DNA from: Pseudobdellovibrionaceae bacterium | Lineage (GTDB): Bacteria > Bdellovibrionota > Bdellovibrionia > Bdellovibrionales > Bdellovibrionaceae | Assembly (NCBI GenBank): GCA_039810425.1 | Contig: JBDHWW010000003.1 | Span: 64,001-128,000 of the forward strand | Length of the DNA: 64,000 nt | Direction of reading: 5' to 3' | In this document: positions 18,923 to 28,188 of the stretch, piece after piece | Numbering within the stretch: position 1 is the stretch's first letter | How the letters are laid out: every line of letters begins with the position of its first letter | Program-made: the position numbers and the translations under genes | The notes under the pieces: generated by a model | Seen by the model: the letters and a program-made list of their open reading frames with translations, nothing else | Database searches by the model: none | Told to the model about the DNA's origin: nothing

Positions 18923-18947
18923 CGCCGAGCTCAGGAAGAGCTCGGCG
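18923..18947 (+). terminator. GC-rich hairpin after gene 17499, probable terminator
   Basis: CGCCGAGCTC-aggaa-GAGCTCGGCG with a weak U-tract. Confidence 0.5.
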
Positions 18948-19047
18948 CCTCTATTTGTGCCGATCCACTTTGGAACCAGCCTGAGTCCAAAAGAGATTTT
19001 TTAAGCTGATTCCCCTAGCGATCTTTCTCGTTTCAGAAAGTTCGCAA

Positions 19048-19458
19048 TTAAACAGCCTTCAAGAAGTAGCCAGTTTGTTTTGTGGTCGCAGCCGTTCTGG
19101 TTTTCTTCATTTTCATGTAGCGTTTGAAATCTTTCGAGTAAGCTTTTTTGAAAGTTGTCTCGTGCTTGTTGAACATTTTATCCAACCAAGTGTAGTAGCA
19201 AGTGTACATGTGGTTAGACAAAAAGTTGCAATACCAAGAGAATGGCATCTGTTGCGTAAAGTTGAATCTTTTAGAGAATGTTACGATCTCTCTATTGAAC
19301 ATGGCCCACCACTTCGTTGCTTCTGTCCTATGTACGAAGTTACCAACCCAGTATGTACGGTTGCCATGTGTAAAGCCCACTTCCCAGCCGTTTCCTACCG
19401 GTTTGAAGTATGATTTAAAAGTATGTGGGCCATATTTATATGTTTTTGTCTTTGTCAT
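19048..19458 (-). CDS. Hypothetical basic, aromatic-rich protein (start moved to ATG 19458)
   Basis: AAGGAAGG RBS before MTKTKTYKY...; 136 aa. Confidence 0.7.
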   Translation of the reverse strand: MTKTKTYKYGPHTFKSYFKPVGNGWEVGFTHGNRTYWVGNFVHRTEATKWWAMFNREIVTFSKRFNFTQQMPFSWYCNFLSNHMYTCYYTWLDKMFNKHETTFKKAYSKDFKRYMKMKKTRTAATTKQTGYFLKAV

Positions 19459-19746
19459 CGTTGCCTTCCTTTTTATTGGCGTTGAAACAGACTCTATCTT
19501 GAGCCCGATTTTTTTTATGCTAAACGACTTTTTTGCGAGCCTAAAACTGGCAGATTTAGGAAAAAAAACTGGGCCGTGGTCGCACCTTTTTTCGACCTGC
19601 ATCAGGACCTTTCTCCCCAGATTATTGTTCGATTCTGTGAAAAAACTATATGCTCTAAATGGTTCTTAATTCAGTGAGTTCTCAGATAGACTTATTGCCA
19701 AAATTCTTTGGACTTAAAAACACATTTTTGATTATAAATAAAGTCT

Positions 19747-19974
19747 ATGTCTGCACTGGCCAACTACTTGGAGACCCTCCGGGTCAAAAAAAATCTCACT
19801 CTTGAGGAATCTGCAAAAAGGTCAAATATGGCCCCTGCATCCTATAGACAAAGAGAAAAACAGCCAGAAAAAGTGCCACTTTATATTTTGGTTTCCATAG
19901 TAAATGCATTGGCTGTGAAGGATGAAGAATTCGTCGAATTCAGTATGCTGACTTCCCGACAATTACGGGACTAG
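19747..19974 (+). CDS. XRE-family helix-turn-helix protein
   Basis: LETLRVKKNLTLEESAKRSNMAPASYRQRE..P pattern. Confidence 0.65.
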   Translation: MSALANYLETLRVKKNLTLEESAKRSNMAPASYRQREKQPEKVPLYILVSIVNALAVKDEEFVEFSMLTSRQLRD

Positions 19975-19994
19975 GGCCTCAAAACCGACGCACT

Positions 19995-20633
19995 TTAGAG
20001 CTCGATAAACTTATTCGACTTCTCTGAGTATTCCCAAAGCTTACCGACTTCGAGATCGAAGTACCAGCCTGACAACGCCAAATTACCCTCGTTCAAACGC
20101 TTTTGAATAAATGGAAATGTCTTCAAGTTTTTCACCGAGACCTTTACAGCCTCAAGCTCACAACAGTGGCAAAACTTTTTGAAATCATGGATAGGAACCT
20201 GCTCAAGAGACTTCTCACGTGCTTCATCGGCAATCGTCACCCACTTACGGATAAATGTTCCTTGATCCGCCTGACTTGGGCCTGCTGCCAACGCCGCAAT
20301 GCCACCACACTGGGCGTGACCCAAAACAATCACATTCTCTACTTTGAGAACGTTCACGGCAAACTCGATCGCCGCGCTCGTACCGTGATGACCGCCGCCT
20401 TCTTCATACGGAGGTACAAGGCTTGCCACGTTGCGGATCACGAAAAGATCTCCGGGTTCCGCCGACAACAAGATCGCGGGGTCTACGCGCGAATCACTGC
20501 ACGCAATCAAAAGCGTTCTTGGGCTTTGCCCTTCGCTGCTGAGATTCAGATAGAGATCTTTCTCAAGTACAAAGTACTTGCGGCGAAATTTTCTAAATCC
20601 ATCAATAAGGTCGAGTTTTTTTGTAAGTGACAT
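19995..20633 (-). CDS. Beta-class carbonic anhydrase
   Basis: IACSDSRV, RNVASLVP and LGHAQCGGI zinc ligands. Confidence 0.95.
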   Translation of the reverse strand: MSLTKKLDLIDGFRKFRRKYFVLEKDLYLNLSSEGQSPRTLLIACSDSRVDPAILLSAEPGDLFVIRNVASLVPPYEEGGGHHGTSAAIEFAVNVLKVENVIVLGHAQCGGIAALAAGPSQADQGTFIRKWVTIADEAREKSLEQVPIHDFKKFCHCCELEAVKVSVKNLKTFPFIQKRLNEGNLALSGWYFDLEVGKLWEYSEKSNKFIEL

Positions 20634-20744
20634 GTTTAAACCGCCCGATTTAAATTACCCGGGAGCTTTCACTCCCGGGTCCTGCGCCATTGCCATTGAA
20701 TCTAAGATGCCTTCACAGTTGTCGTACGAGATGAGTGCAAAATA

Positions 20745-22172
20745 TCAAAAGCTGATAGCGGCTTTCGAGGCAAATCCATATGTGCTCGCGTTTTCAAGGT
20801 TCGCAGAACCGTTCTTGAAAGCCGCGCCTGGGAACAAAAGCCCCAATTGATTCACCCACTGAATTCGTTCCGTGGGCTTGTAAACTAGTTCAATATCCCA
20901 CTCCAAGCCGAGATCCTTTTTGAAATCAGCTTTACCCGTTGGATTCGTCATCAATTGAGCATAAGTCAAAGTGTTATTAAGATCCAAACGGTCGTTCCAC
21001 GCGTAAGAAATTTTTGGCGAGATGTAGATTGCATTGCTGATATACTCATCGTCCAACGAGTTTGCAACATCGTGGTTTACAGTTTCTTTGTATCTATTGG
21101 TTGTAAGGAAATCCGCCAGACCCAAACGATGGTTGAACATCAACATCGCCACATCGTAGTTGCGACTGAACTGATATCCTTCAAACGCGTTTGTTGTCGC
21201 AGGGTCATCACCTGTCGCCATACCCAAACGGATATTCCAATCAAATTTAGAATCTTTGCGAGGGAAGTAAATTTCCGCAGCGATTCCGTAACCATTTGAC
21301 TTGATATCTTCACCCGTTGCATTTTGCGCGCCGACGTTACCACTTGTAAAACCCGCCTCTAATTTGAAAGCGAACTTTTCCCACTCGCGGCCAAGGATGA
21401 AGCTTGTTGTAGAAACGCTGTACTCACCCGTCTTTGTCTGGCCGATTGCCGGCGGACTGTTCAATGGAACATCGTTCGCACCCAAGCTCGCTTTGCGCAC
21501 TTGTTGCATCAAACCGATCATCGAACCGGATTCTTTGCTTTCGTATTGCAAATGAAGGATCGTGTCTTGAACCGTGTTGCCCTGGGATACATTTTCGTCG
21601 TAAACACGGCCAATGATCGGCATCAAGAAGAAGTTGTCAACGATGAACTTGTAACCAACCATGTCTTCCGTATCGCCCCAATGGTCGAACATGCCATTGC
21701 CCGCATTATGAGTAATACCAAGACCGAACTCAAGAGGCGCACGACCCAACACGAGAGCGCCATACTCTTGATTCACGTTCAAGTATAATTGAGAAACGCG
21801 CATCTGTGTGGAAGGATGATTTCTAGAATACACATTGGATTGGCCGGCCGTATTGGTTGCATCCCAGCCCTGGCCCCACATTTGACCGACTTGAGCGTCC
21901 GCATACGCGGGATCTTGATTCGCCAAAACATCAAAGCGGGAAACGATATTCACACCGTCTGTTGCAATGATTTTTGGGCTCAAAGAAAGATAATTCAAAC
22001 CATAGGATTTCATTCCGTAGGGAGTCGCCAGTGTCGGCCGGTCTACTTGGGTCCATTCAAAACGGTACGTCCCTTTCCAATCGATGCTAAGAGCGCTGGC
22101 TGTTGAAGCCGCCACCGAAGTCAAAAGAGCCGCTGCAGAAAGAAGTGCTTTATTTTTCAACGTCATATTCAC
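20745..22172 (-). CDS. Large outer membrane beta-barrel (alginate-export/porin-like)
   Basis: Signal peptide, GRAPLEFGLGI, ATGDDP, DLGLEWD, terminal AISF. Confidence 0.7.
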   Translation of the reverse strand: MNMTLKNKALLSAAALLTSVAASTASALSIDWKGTYRFEWTQVDRPTLATPYGMKSYGLNYLSLSPKIIATDGVNIVSRFDVLANQDPAYADAQVGQMWGQGWDATNTAGQSNVYSRNHPSTQMRVSQLYLNVNQEYGALVLGRAPLEFGLGITHNAGNGMFDHWGDTEDMVGYKFIVDNFFLMPIIGRVYDENVSQGNTVQDTILHLQYESKESGSMIGLMQQVRKASLGANDVPLNSPPAIGQTKTGEYSVSTTSFILGREWEKFAFKLEAGFTSGNVGAQNATGEDIKSNGYGIAAEIYFPRKDSKFDWNIRLGMATGDDPATTNAFEGYQFSRNYDVAMLMFNHRLGLADFLTTNRYKETVNHDVANSLDDEYISNAIYISPKISYAWNDRLDLNNTLTYAQLMTNPTGKADFKKDLGLEWDIELVYKPTERIQWVNQLGLLFPGAAFKNGSANLENASTYGFASKAAISF

Positions 22173-22669
22173 CTTTTTTGAAATGAGCCAAGAACACCGA
22201 GAACATCGCTTTCGCGAAGAATCAGAACATCTTGGTCTTGAACTTTTAGTTTGGAACCCGCGTACTCTGAGAAAAGAACTTTATCGCCGACCTTCAAATC
22301 CATCGGACGAACATGGCCTTTTCTGTTGCGGTGGCCGCGGCCCACGGAAACAACAAAACCCTGCAAGTTTCCGGAAACATCCGCCACTGTGTCAGGGATG
22401 TACAAACCGCCGGCGGTCATTTTTTCGGCACCCGTCAATTGAACCATCACACGGTCGTCCAACGGAGTGACAAAGTTGCTGAAGTCTAATTTCTTCTCTA
22501 TGGGTTTAGAAAAAGGTTTCGCTGAAGCCGCCTTCTTCGCCGTCTTTTTCGGCGCACCCGTTGCTGCCTTTTTCTTCGGCATTGCCTTCTTCGCCGTCTT
22601 TTTCTTGGCAACGGCCTTTTTCGCGGCCGTTTTTTTAACCGGAGCTTTTTTTATTTTACCTTTGGCCAC
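22169..22669 (-). CDS. groES: Co-chaperonin GroES paralog with Lys/Ala-rich N-terminal extension
   Basis: PLDDRVMVQ...TAGGLYIPDT...KVGDKVLFSEYAG...LILRESDVLGV; preceded by about 60 aa of KKTAAKK-type repeats. Confidence 0.9.
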   Translation of the reverse strand: MAKGKIKKAPVKKTAAKKAVAKKKTAKKAMPKKKAATGAPKKTAKKAASAKPFSKPIEKKLDFSNFVTPLDDRVMVQLTGAEKMTAGGLYIPDTVADVSGNLQGFVVSVGRGHRNRKGHVRPMDLKVGDKVLFSEYAGSKLKVQDQDVLILRESDVLGVLGSFQKR

Positions 22670-22928
22670 GTTTAGCCCTTTCTTCTTCGTAGTATTTTCT
22701 GTACATCACGTCCCACTCCGGAGTGCCTTCCATCACATTGCGTTTCAAGGAAGCCACTTTTTCGCGGGCCCGCTGATCGAGAGCTTCGTCGTCTTTGACG
22801 AATTCGGCAATCGCGAGCTTTGCCGCTCGCAAGGCTTGGTCATCGTCTGAGAAGTCCACGATGTCATCGCCCCAAACGCCGTCCGTTACGATGTGTGCCA
22901 GATGATTCTGGCGATCTGCGGAAATCAC
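22656..22928 (-). CDS. DUF507 family protein
   Basis: AREKVASLKRNVMEGTPEWDVMYRKYYEEE. Confidence 0.8.
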   Translation of the reverse strand: MISADRQNHLAHIVTDGVWGDDIVDFSDDDQALRAAKLAIAEFVKDDEALDQRAREKVASLKRNVMEGTPEWDVMYRKYYEEERAKRGQR

Positions 22929-23203
22929 AAGATCACCTTTCTCTCTTTCGCGAGCTTTTGTTTTAGAATGGGAAACATTTTAAAACGCTGAAACTCGCCA
23001 GGATTGCTCTTTTCGAGCTGGTCCAGCATCGCATTGACGTCCTGGTCTAAAGCCGCCTCTCGGTTGTAATCTTCTTTAATGATTTCCACGACTCGAGCAA
23101 GCACAATCTTTTCATCTTCTTTAAAAACAATAAGATTTTGCTTTTTCCACTGAGCCAGAATTTTTTCAGCTAGAGCTTGAATTTGTTGGGAGGATAATTT
23201 CAT
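22925..23203 (-). CDS. DUF507 family protein
   Basis: MKLS..QI..LA...KMFPILKQKLAKERKVIL; paired with the previous gene. Confidence 0.75.
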   Translation of the reverse strand: MKLSSQQIQALAEKILAQWKKQNLIVFKEDEKIVLARVVEIIKEDYNREAALDQDVNAMLDQLEKSNPGEFQRFKMFPILKQKLAKERKVIL

Positions 23204-23212
23204 AATGGTGTC

Positions 23213-25534
23213 ATGCCTCGCCCAGGATTAAAGAACATTTTCATCGTATTTACAATCGTTGTGACGCTCGCAATCATCACTCTGTGCGCGGGTATTTCTT
23301 ACGCTTTCTTCACACTCGAAGACGAGATGAATCAAAAGCTCGAAGCCAAGCGCATCCTCCTCCCAACGGAGTACTATGCCGCCCCATATCGCTTCCACAC
23401 CCCGTCGCTTCAGACCGTGGATAAGTCCGAGCGAGTGCTTCAGAGCCAGAATTATCGCGCCCGCGATTACCAACAACGCCTTTTACCTGGGGACTATCTT
23501 AAGGCAAATGCCCCCGAATGCCGCGCCCTGTTTCGAATTGCCGAGGACGTGAATTTCACCTCTTGCTTGGCCTTCGTAAAAAAGGACATTGATCCTGGCC
23601 AGGCGCAGAATGATGTTCGTATCTTGCTCTTTGACCCCGAAGGCAAAATACAGCAAATTTTTAAGGCCTTTCCTCTCGAGGTTGTTAACCAAGTGCATCT
23701 TGAGGCCCCATTAGTGGCTCAATACGTGGGCATCGACCCTATCATGCAAGAAGAAGCTCCTCTCGGAAAGATTCCCCCGTACTGTTCCAATGGCGTGATG
23801 GCCATCGAAGATCCACGCTTCTTAGAGCATCAAGGCGTCAATTACCGTGGGATTTTCAGAGCCATCATCAAAAATGTGACCTCGGGCCGCATGGTTCAAG
23901 GCGGCAGCACAATCACCCAGCAGTTGGTGAAGAATTACTTCCTGACCAATGAAAAAACCATCAAGCGTAAATTGCAAGAATTCGTTATGGCCTACATGCT
24001 CGAGTCGAAATTTACCAAAGATCAAATTCTCGAAACCTACCTGAATATTATCTACATGGGGCAGAACGGTCCGTTCCAAGTGCGTGGTTTTGGTGCTGCG
24101 GCACGATTCTATTTCAACAAAGACATTTCGACCTTGAATTTAAGCGAATGTGCGTTGTTGGCCGCAGTTGTGAATGGTCCGGGCGTGTACGACCCGTTCA
24201 AGCAACCCGTGAAAGCCTTCAGCCGCCGCGGCCTTGTTTTGGATAAAATGCTGGAGCATCAGTTCATTGCCGCAGCCGATGCCGAGACCGCGAAGGATCA
24301 GCCCCTGCCGACCGCACAGCCGCGCCTGGCGACAGAAACCGCTCCTTACTACCTCGATGCTGTTCGCAAGCAGTTGCAGGCGCAAAACATCGAAATCGCC
24401 GGCGCCAAGATCTACACGGCGATGGATCTCGAGTCCCAGCAATTTGCGCAAGAGGCTTTGAAAAACCATCTTTCCAGATTGGAAGAACAAAACAAACTGG
24501 TGAAGTCGCAAAAAGAAAAGGGCGTCAGCCTCGAAGGCGCGATTCTGTCAGCCGAGGCCAGCACAGGTCTGATTCAAGTGGCCGTGGGTGGACGCAATTA
24601 CCGTCTGACCCAGTTTAACCGCGCGATTGACGGTCACCGCCAAGTGGGCTCAACGATGAAGCCATTTGTTTATTTGGCGGCTCTTGAGTCAAAAGACAAA
24701 AACGGCAAAGACTTTACCCCGATCACACCGGTGAAAGATGAGAAATTCACGGTCAAGTACGAAGGGCAAACATGGTCTCCAAGCAATTATGGCAACGAAT
24801 ACTTCGGCACGGTGCCGATGTTCTTTGCGCTAAAAAGCTCTCTGAATGCGGCGACGGCTTCCATCGGTTTGGAAGTCGGACTTGATAAGATCATCAACAT
24901 TACGGAGTCTCTCGGCGTGACTTCGCAACTAAAACCATTTCCTGCGGTGACTTTGGGGGCGTTCGAGCTTTACCCGAAAGAAGTTCTGCAGGCTTACTTG
25001 GCGCTCTCGAAAATGGGTCAAAAAACGGACGTTAGTTTCGTCGACCACGTTGTGAATATGCAGGGCGAAGAAGTTTTCAAATTCACCCCGCACTCCGAGC
25101 AAGCTCAAGATGCCGTGGCCGTCGCGAGCCTGGTCAGCATGATGAAACAGACGATCGCCTCAGGAACGGCGAAGTATGTGAGCGCCAGTGGTTTTACCCG
25201 CCCCGCAGCTGGTAAAACCGGGACAACTTCTGAGAGTCGAGACGTTTGGTTCTCGGGCTTTACCCCTTATCGCACAACGATTGTTTGGATCGGTTATGAT
25301 ACCAGCACACAAAACAAACTCACGGGTGCCAGTGGTGCCGTGCCTATCTGGACGGATTTCATGAAGCGCGTGACGGTGGATGATCCTCCGGATGATTTTC
25401 CCTGGCCGGAAGACACCGTGAAAGTCACTTTTGATGAAAAGAAACTTCAAGAGATGAACACGCCCATGAAAGAGCCGATGAGTGTTGAACTCGTTTTCAA
25501 AAAAGGCACGGAGCCTGGTATTTTCGGATTTTAG
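23213..25534 (+). CDS. mrcB: Class A penicillin-binding protein (PBP1B-like)
   Basis: Transglycosylase EDPRFLEH, GGSTITQQLVKN, RKLQE; transpeptidase STMK, SLN, KTG. Confidence 0.88.
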   Translation: MPRPGLKNIFIVFTIVVTLAIITLCAGISYAFFTLEDEMNQKLEAKRILLPTEYYAAPYRFHTPSLQTVDKSERVLQSQNYRARDYQQRLLPGDYLKANAPECRALFRIAEDVNFTSCLAFVKKDIDPGQAQNDVRILLFDPEGKIQQIFKAFPLEVVNQVHLEAPLVAQYVGIDPIMQEEAPLGKIPPYCSNGVMAIEDPRFLEHQGVNYRGIFRAIIKNVTSGRMVQGGSTITQQLVKNYFLTNEKTIKRKLQEFVMAYMLESKFTKDQILETYLNIIYMGQNGPFQVRGFGAAARFYFNKDISTLNLSECALLAAVVNGPGVYDPFKQPVKAFSRRGLVLDKMLEHQFIAAADAETAKDQPLPTAQPRLATETAPYYLDAVRKQLQAQNIEIAGAKIYTAMDLESQQFAQEALKNHLSRLEEQNKLVKSQKEKGVSLEGAILSAEASTGLIQVAVGGRNYRLTQFNRAIDGHRQVGSTMKPFVYLAALESKDKNGKDFTPITPVKDEKFTVKYEGQTWSPSNYGNEYFGTVPMFFALKSSLNAATASIGLEVGLDKIINITESLGVTSQLKPFPAVTLGAFELYPKEVLQAYLALSKMGQKTDVSFVDHVVNMQGEEVFKFTPHSEQAQDAVAVASLVSMMKQTIASGTAKYVSASGFTRPAAGKTGTTSESRDVWFSGFTPYRTTIVWIGYDTSTQNKLTGASGAVPIWTDFMKRVTVDDPPDDFPWPEDTVKVTFDEKKLQEMNTPMKEPMSVELVFKKGTEPGIFGF

Positions 25535-26511
25535 ATTTTAATTGTCAGGCCTTCGTAAGCAAAATCCCATTGAACCGCGCTGAGTGCCTCACTGTTTTCT
25601 TTCGCGGCGTTGAGACGCCAGTCATAGTATTCCAGCGTTTGGCGTTTTAACTCTTGCACTTGCTGAATTGTCGCCCCCGGATCGTGATGGGCGAAAAGAA
25701 CTTGCTTAATGCCTTCACGGAAAGCGATGTCGAGTCCCACTTGCGCGGCACTGTGTCCCCAGTTCGCTTTTTCCGCTAACTCCGGAAAAGTGTACTGAGC
25801 ATCGTAGTACATCAAGTCCACACTTTGATAAAGCGGCAGGTCCGGACCCAGCTCTTCACGGGATACGCGAGTTCCTTCAGTATCCACGCAGTGCGAATAG
25901 ACCTTACCATTGCTTTCGATACGGAAACCCCAGCAAGGATCCGGATGGTCCAGCTTATATGGAGTGATCATCATATCATCAATTTCAATCGTCTGCCGAG
26001 GTTGCAATACATGGAAGTGAATCTTTGCCGCCAGTGACTCAAACGGCACGGGAAAGTACGGCTTCATGAAAACACCACGGATGAGTTTCTCCATCTCTTC
26101 CTGAACCGCGTAATAGTGAATTTGCACGCCCGGAACAAAGTGGGGAGTAAAGAAGGGCAATCCGATGACGTGATCCCAGTGAAAGTGGGTCATGAAAATA
26201 TGGAAAGGACCTTTACTCGCTCCGGCTTTACCGCTCATGATCTGCTCACTCAGAGAGCGAATGCCGCTGCCGCCATCAATGATGAGCCTGTTCTTGGGGC
26301 TTTTAACTTCTACACAAGTCGTGGCAGCTCCGTAACCACCCAAATGGGAGGCACCTAAAGAATCAATGTACTTTGAAACTGCAGTAGTATCACGATGGCC
26401 AGCATTGAAAAACCCTCGTAAGAGCCCTTCAATATGATTGGTCCAATCCGATGGAGATGGGGATGAGGGCAATGAACCGCGCACTCCCCAATACTTCATT
26501 GTTAACGACAT
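25531..26511 (-). CDS. MBL-fold metallo-hydrolase
   Basis: WGVRGSLP, IDGGSG, THFHWDH, WGHS, HHDP. Confidence 0.88.
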   Translation of the reverse strand: MSLTMKYWGVRGSLPSSPSPSDWTNHIEGLLRGFFNAGHRDTTAVSKYIDSLGASHLGGYGAATTCVEVKSPKNRLIIDGGSGIRSLSEQIMSGKAGASKGPFHIFMTHFHWDHVIGLPFFTPHFVPGVQIHYYAVQEEMEKLIRGVFMKPYFPVPFESLAAKIHFHVLQPRQTIEIDDMMITPYKLDHPDPCWGFRIESNGKVYSHCVDTEGTRVSREELGPDLPLYQSVDLMYYDAQYTFPELAEKANWGHSAAQVGLDIAFREGIKQVLFAHHDPGATIQQVQELKRQTLEYYDWRLNAAKENSEALSAVQWDFAYEGLTIKI

Positions 26512-26580
26512 ATGGGACTAGAATGACGGGGGAATAGGTTGCTTGCAAATAAAATTTATTGACGGCCTACAAGACTCTAC

Positions 26581-26865
26581 TCAGGTATTTGCCTTGTCAT
26601 AATTCACTTTCAAAAACTTGGACTTAGGTTGAGCCATACATGTTTTAAATGTTCGATCCAATGAGTGTTCGTTCACTCGGCCTTCAATCGAATCGACTTC
26701 TCCCTGTTCAAGCAGCGCAGAGCATGTTCCACAAACTCCTTCCAAACAAGAGTAAGGCGGGTTTATTTGCAGTCTCAAGGCCGCCTCAAGGACAGATTGG
26801 TACTCCGTCATCGTGGCTTCATGCTCTTGACCGTTAATTATGAAAACTACTTTCACGTCAGACAT
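26581..26865 (-). CDS. 2Fe-2S ferredoxin
   Basis: PYSCLEGVCGTC...TC plant-type cluster motif. Confidence 0.9.
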   Translation of the reverse strand: MSDVKVVFIINGQEHEATMTEYQSVLEAALRLQINPPYSCLEGVCGTCSALLEQGEVDSIEGRVNEHSLDRTFKTCMAQPKSKFLKVNYDKANT

Positions 26866-28112
26866 TAGAATGAAAAGGCCGTACCCACGAGCATTGTAAA
26901 CACGTGCTGAGTTACGACCACCTCCTCTGTTGTTTGATTGATTTGCTGAATCGATTTGCCCCGACCGCCAGTGTAGTAACCACCAAACGTATAGTCGATT
27001 TTATCTCCGGACGTAAACGCCAAGTTCGCACTGAATCCAAGTTGGTCCACCTTATCCGGTTGGGCGCCCGCGATTGTCGCATCCGGATTGGGATGTGATG
27101 AGAAGTTCGTGAATGCGCCCATACGTACTTTCAACCAAGGCATCACTCGCTTCTCGACTCCCGCCGAGACATTCCAAATTGCCCGATGCTTCCAATGAGT
27201 CGCAAGGGCTGGATCGTTAAAATCGTTGTACTCCATGGCTTGATAAAGACTCGCATCGGCTGACACGTTTAGATCTTCGCTTTCATGATAAGCCACCCCG
27301 ATAGAAAGCTTGCCGGGAATATTCACATTAGTCTTTTCATCCGGACGATTCACCGTAGTGACCGTGTAAGGATTGGTATCAACCTTCGAAGAAAAATAAG
27401 AACCGCTGCCTTTCACCGTCAGATTCGGTGTCCGTAAACTGGTACCGAAAGACCATTTATCCGACAATTTCCAGTGATACCCAAGAATCGCAACAATGGC
27501 ATTTTCGACCAAGGTTTTCTCTGAGCTGAACAACACCGCTTCGCTGGCCGTTGGGAAACTGCTGTCATTCAGCGAACGCGTATAGCTTCGCGCGGTGTAA
27601 TACATCGTCAACCCCAAAGACTCAGTGTCTGAGATCGGCTTTGCCACCGCAGCGCCGACCCACAAAGACTCATCGACGTAAGCCAACGTCGTGGTATTTT
27701 CAGTACTGGCACGCAAGTCGCCCTTGTAGTTATCAAAATCAGGAACCACGATCGAAAATGCGATCGTATAGCCCGCCCGGCGAATCACACTGCCGGTGGA
27801 GGAGGGGATCGCGCGAAAGAAACCCTGATTGATTCGCAGAGGCGCCTTTGTGAAGTCCTCTTCTTTGCCAAAGGTCGTATCAAATTTTTTGTAAATGCCC
27901 ACGGCGGCTGAAAATGAATGCCCTTGCAAGAAGGCCAGCCCCGCGGGATTGTAATAAGCCAATGCCGACGCATCGCTAGTCATCGCGGTGTATGCTCCCC
28001 CCATCCCCGCCGCCTGATCGCCGATCAAAATGGAATTATAGTTTGAAAAGGCCGCCGTCGCTGGCTGGACCAAAACTAAGAGCAATAAACCGCTGAAGTA
28101 TTTTAATGACAT
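26865..28112 (-). CDS. FadL/OmpP1-like outer membrane transporter
   Basis: AAGMGGAYTA..DASALAYYNPAGL hatch motif; terminal Phe. Confidence 0.75.
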   Translation of the reverse strand: MSLKYFSGLLLLVLVQPATAAFSNYNSILIGDQAAGMGGAYTAMTSDASALAYYNPAGLAFLQGHSFSAAVGIYKKFDTTFGKEEDFTKAPLRINQGFFRAIPSSTGSVIRRAGYTIAFSIVVPDFDNYKGDLRASTENTTTLAYVDESLWVGAAVAKPISDTESLGLTMYYTARSYTRSLNDSSFPTASEAVLFSSEKTLVENAIVAILGYHWKLSDKWSFGTSLRTPNLTVKGSGSYFSSKVDTNPYTVTTVNRPDEKTNVNIPGKLSIGVAYHESEDLNVSADASLYQAMEYNDFNDPALATHWKHRAIWNVSAGVEKRVMPWLKVRMGAFTNFSSHPNPDATIAGAQPDKVDQLGFSANLAFTSGDKIDYTFGGYYTGGRGKSIQQINQTTEEVVVTQHVFTMLVGTAFSF

Positions 28113-28188
28113 TCCCTTGCGTCTCCACTAGCTAGTACTGCAAAATTAAATGATTATTGACGGCAAAAGTCCACCAGAAGGTTCTCCA

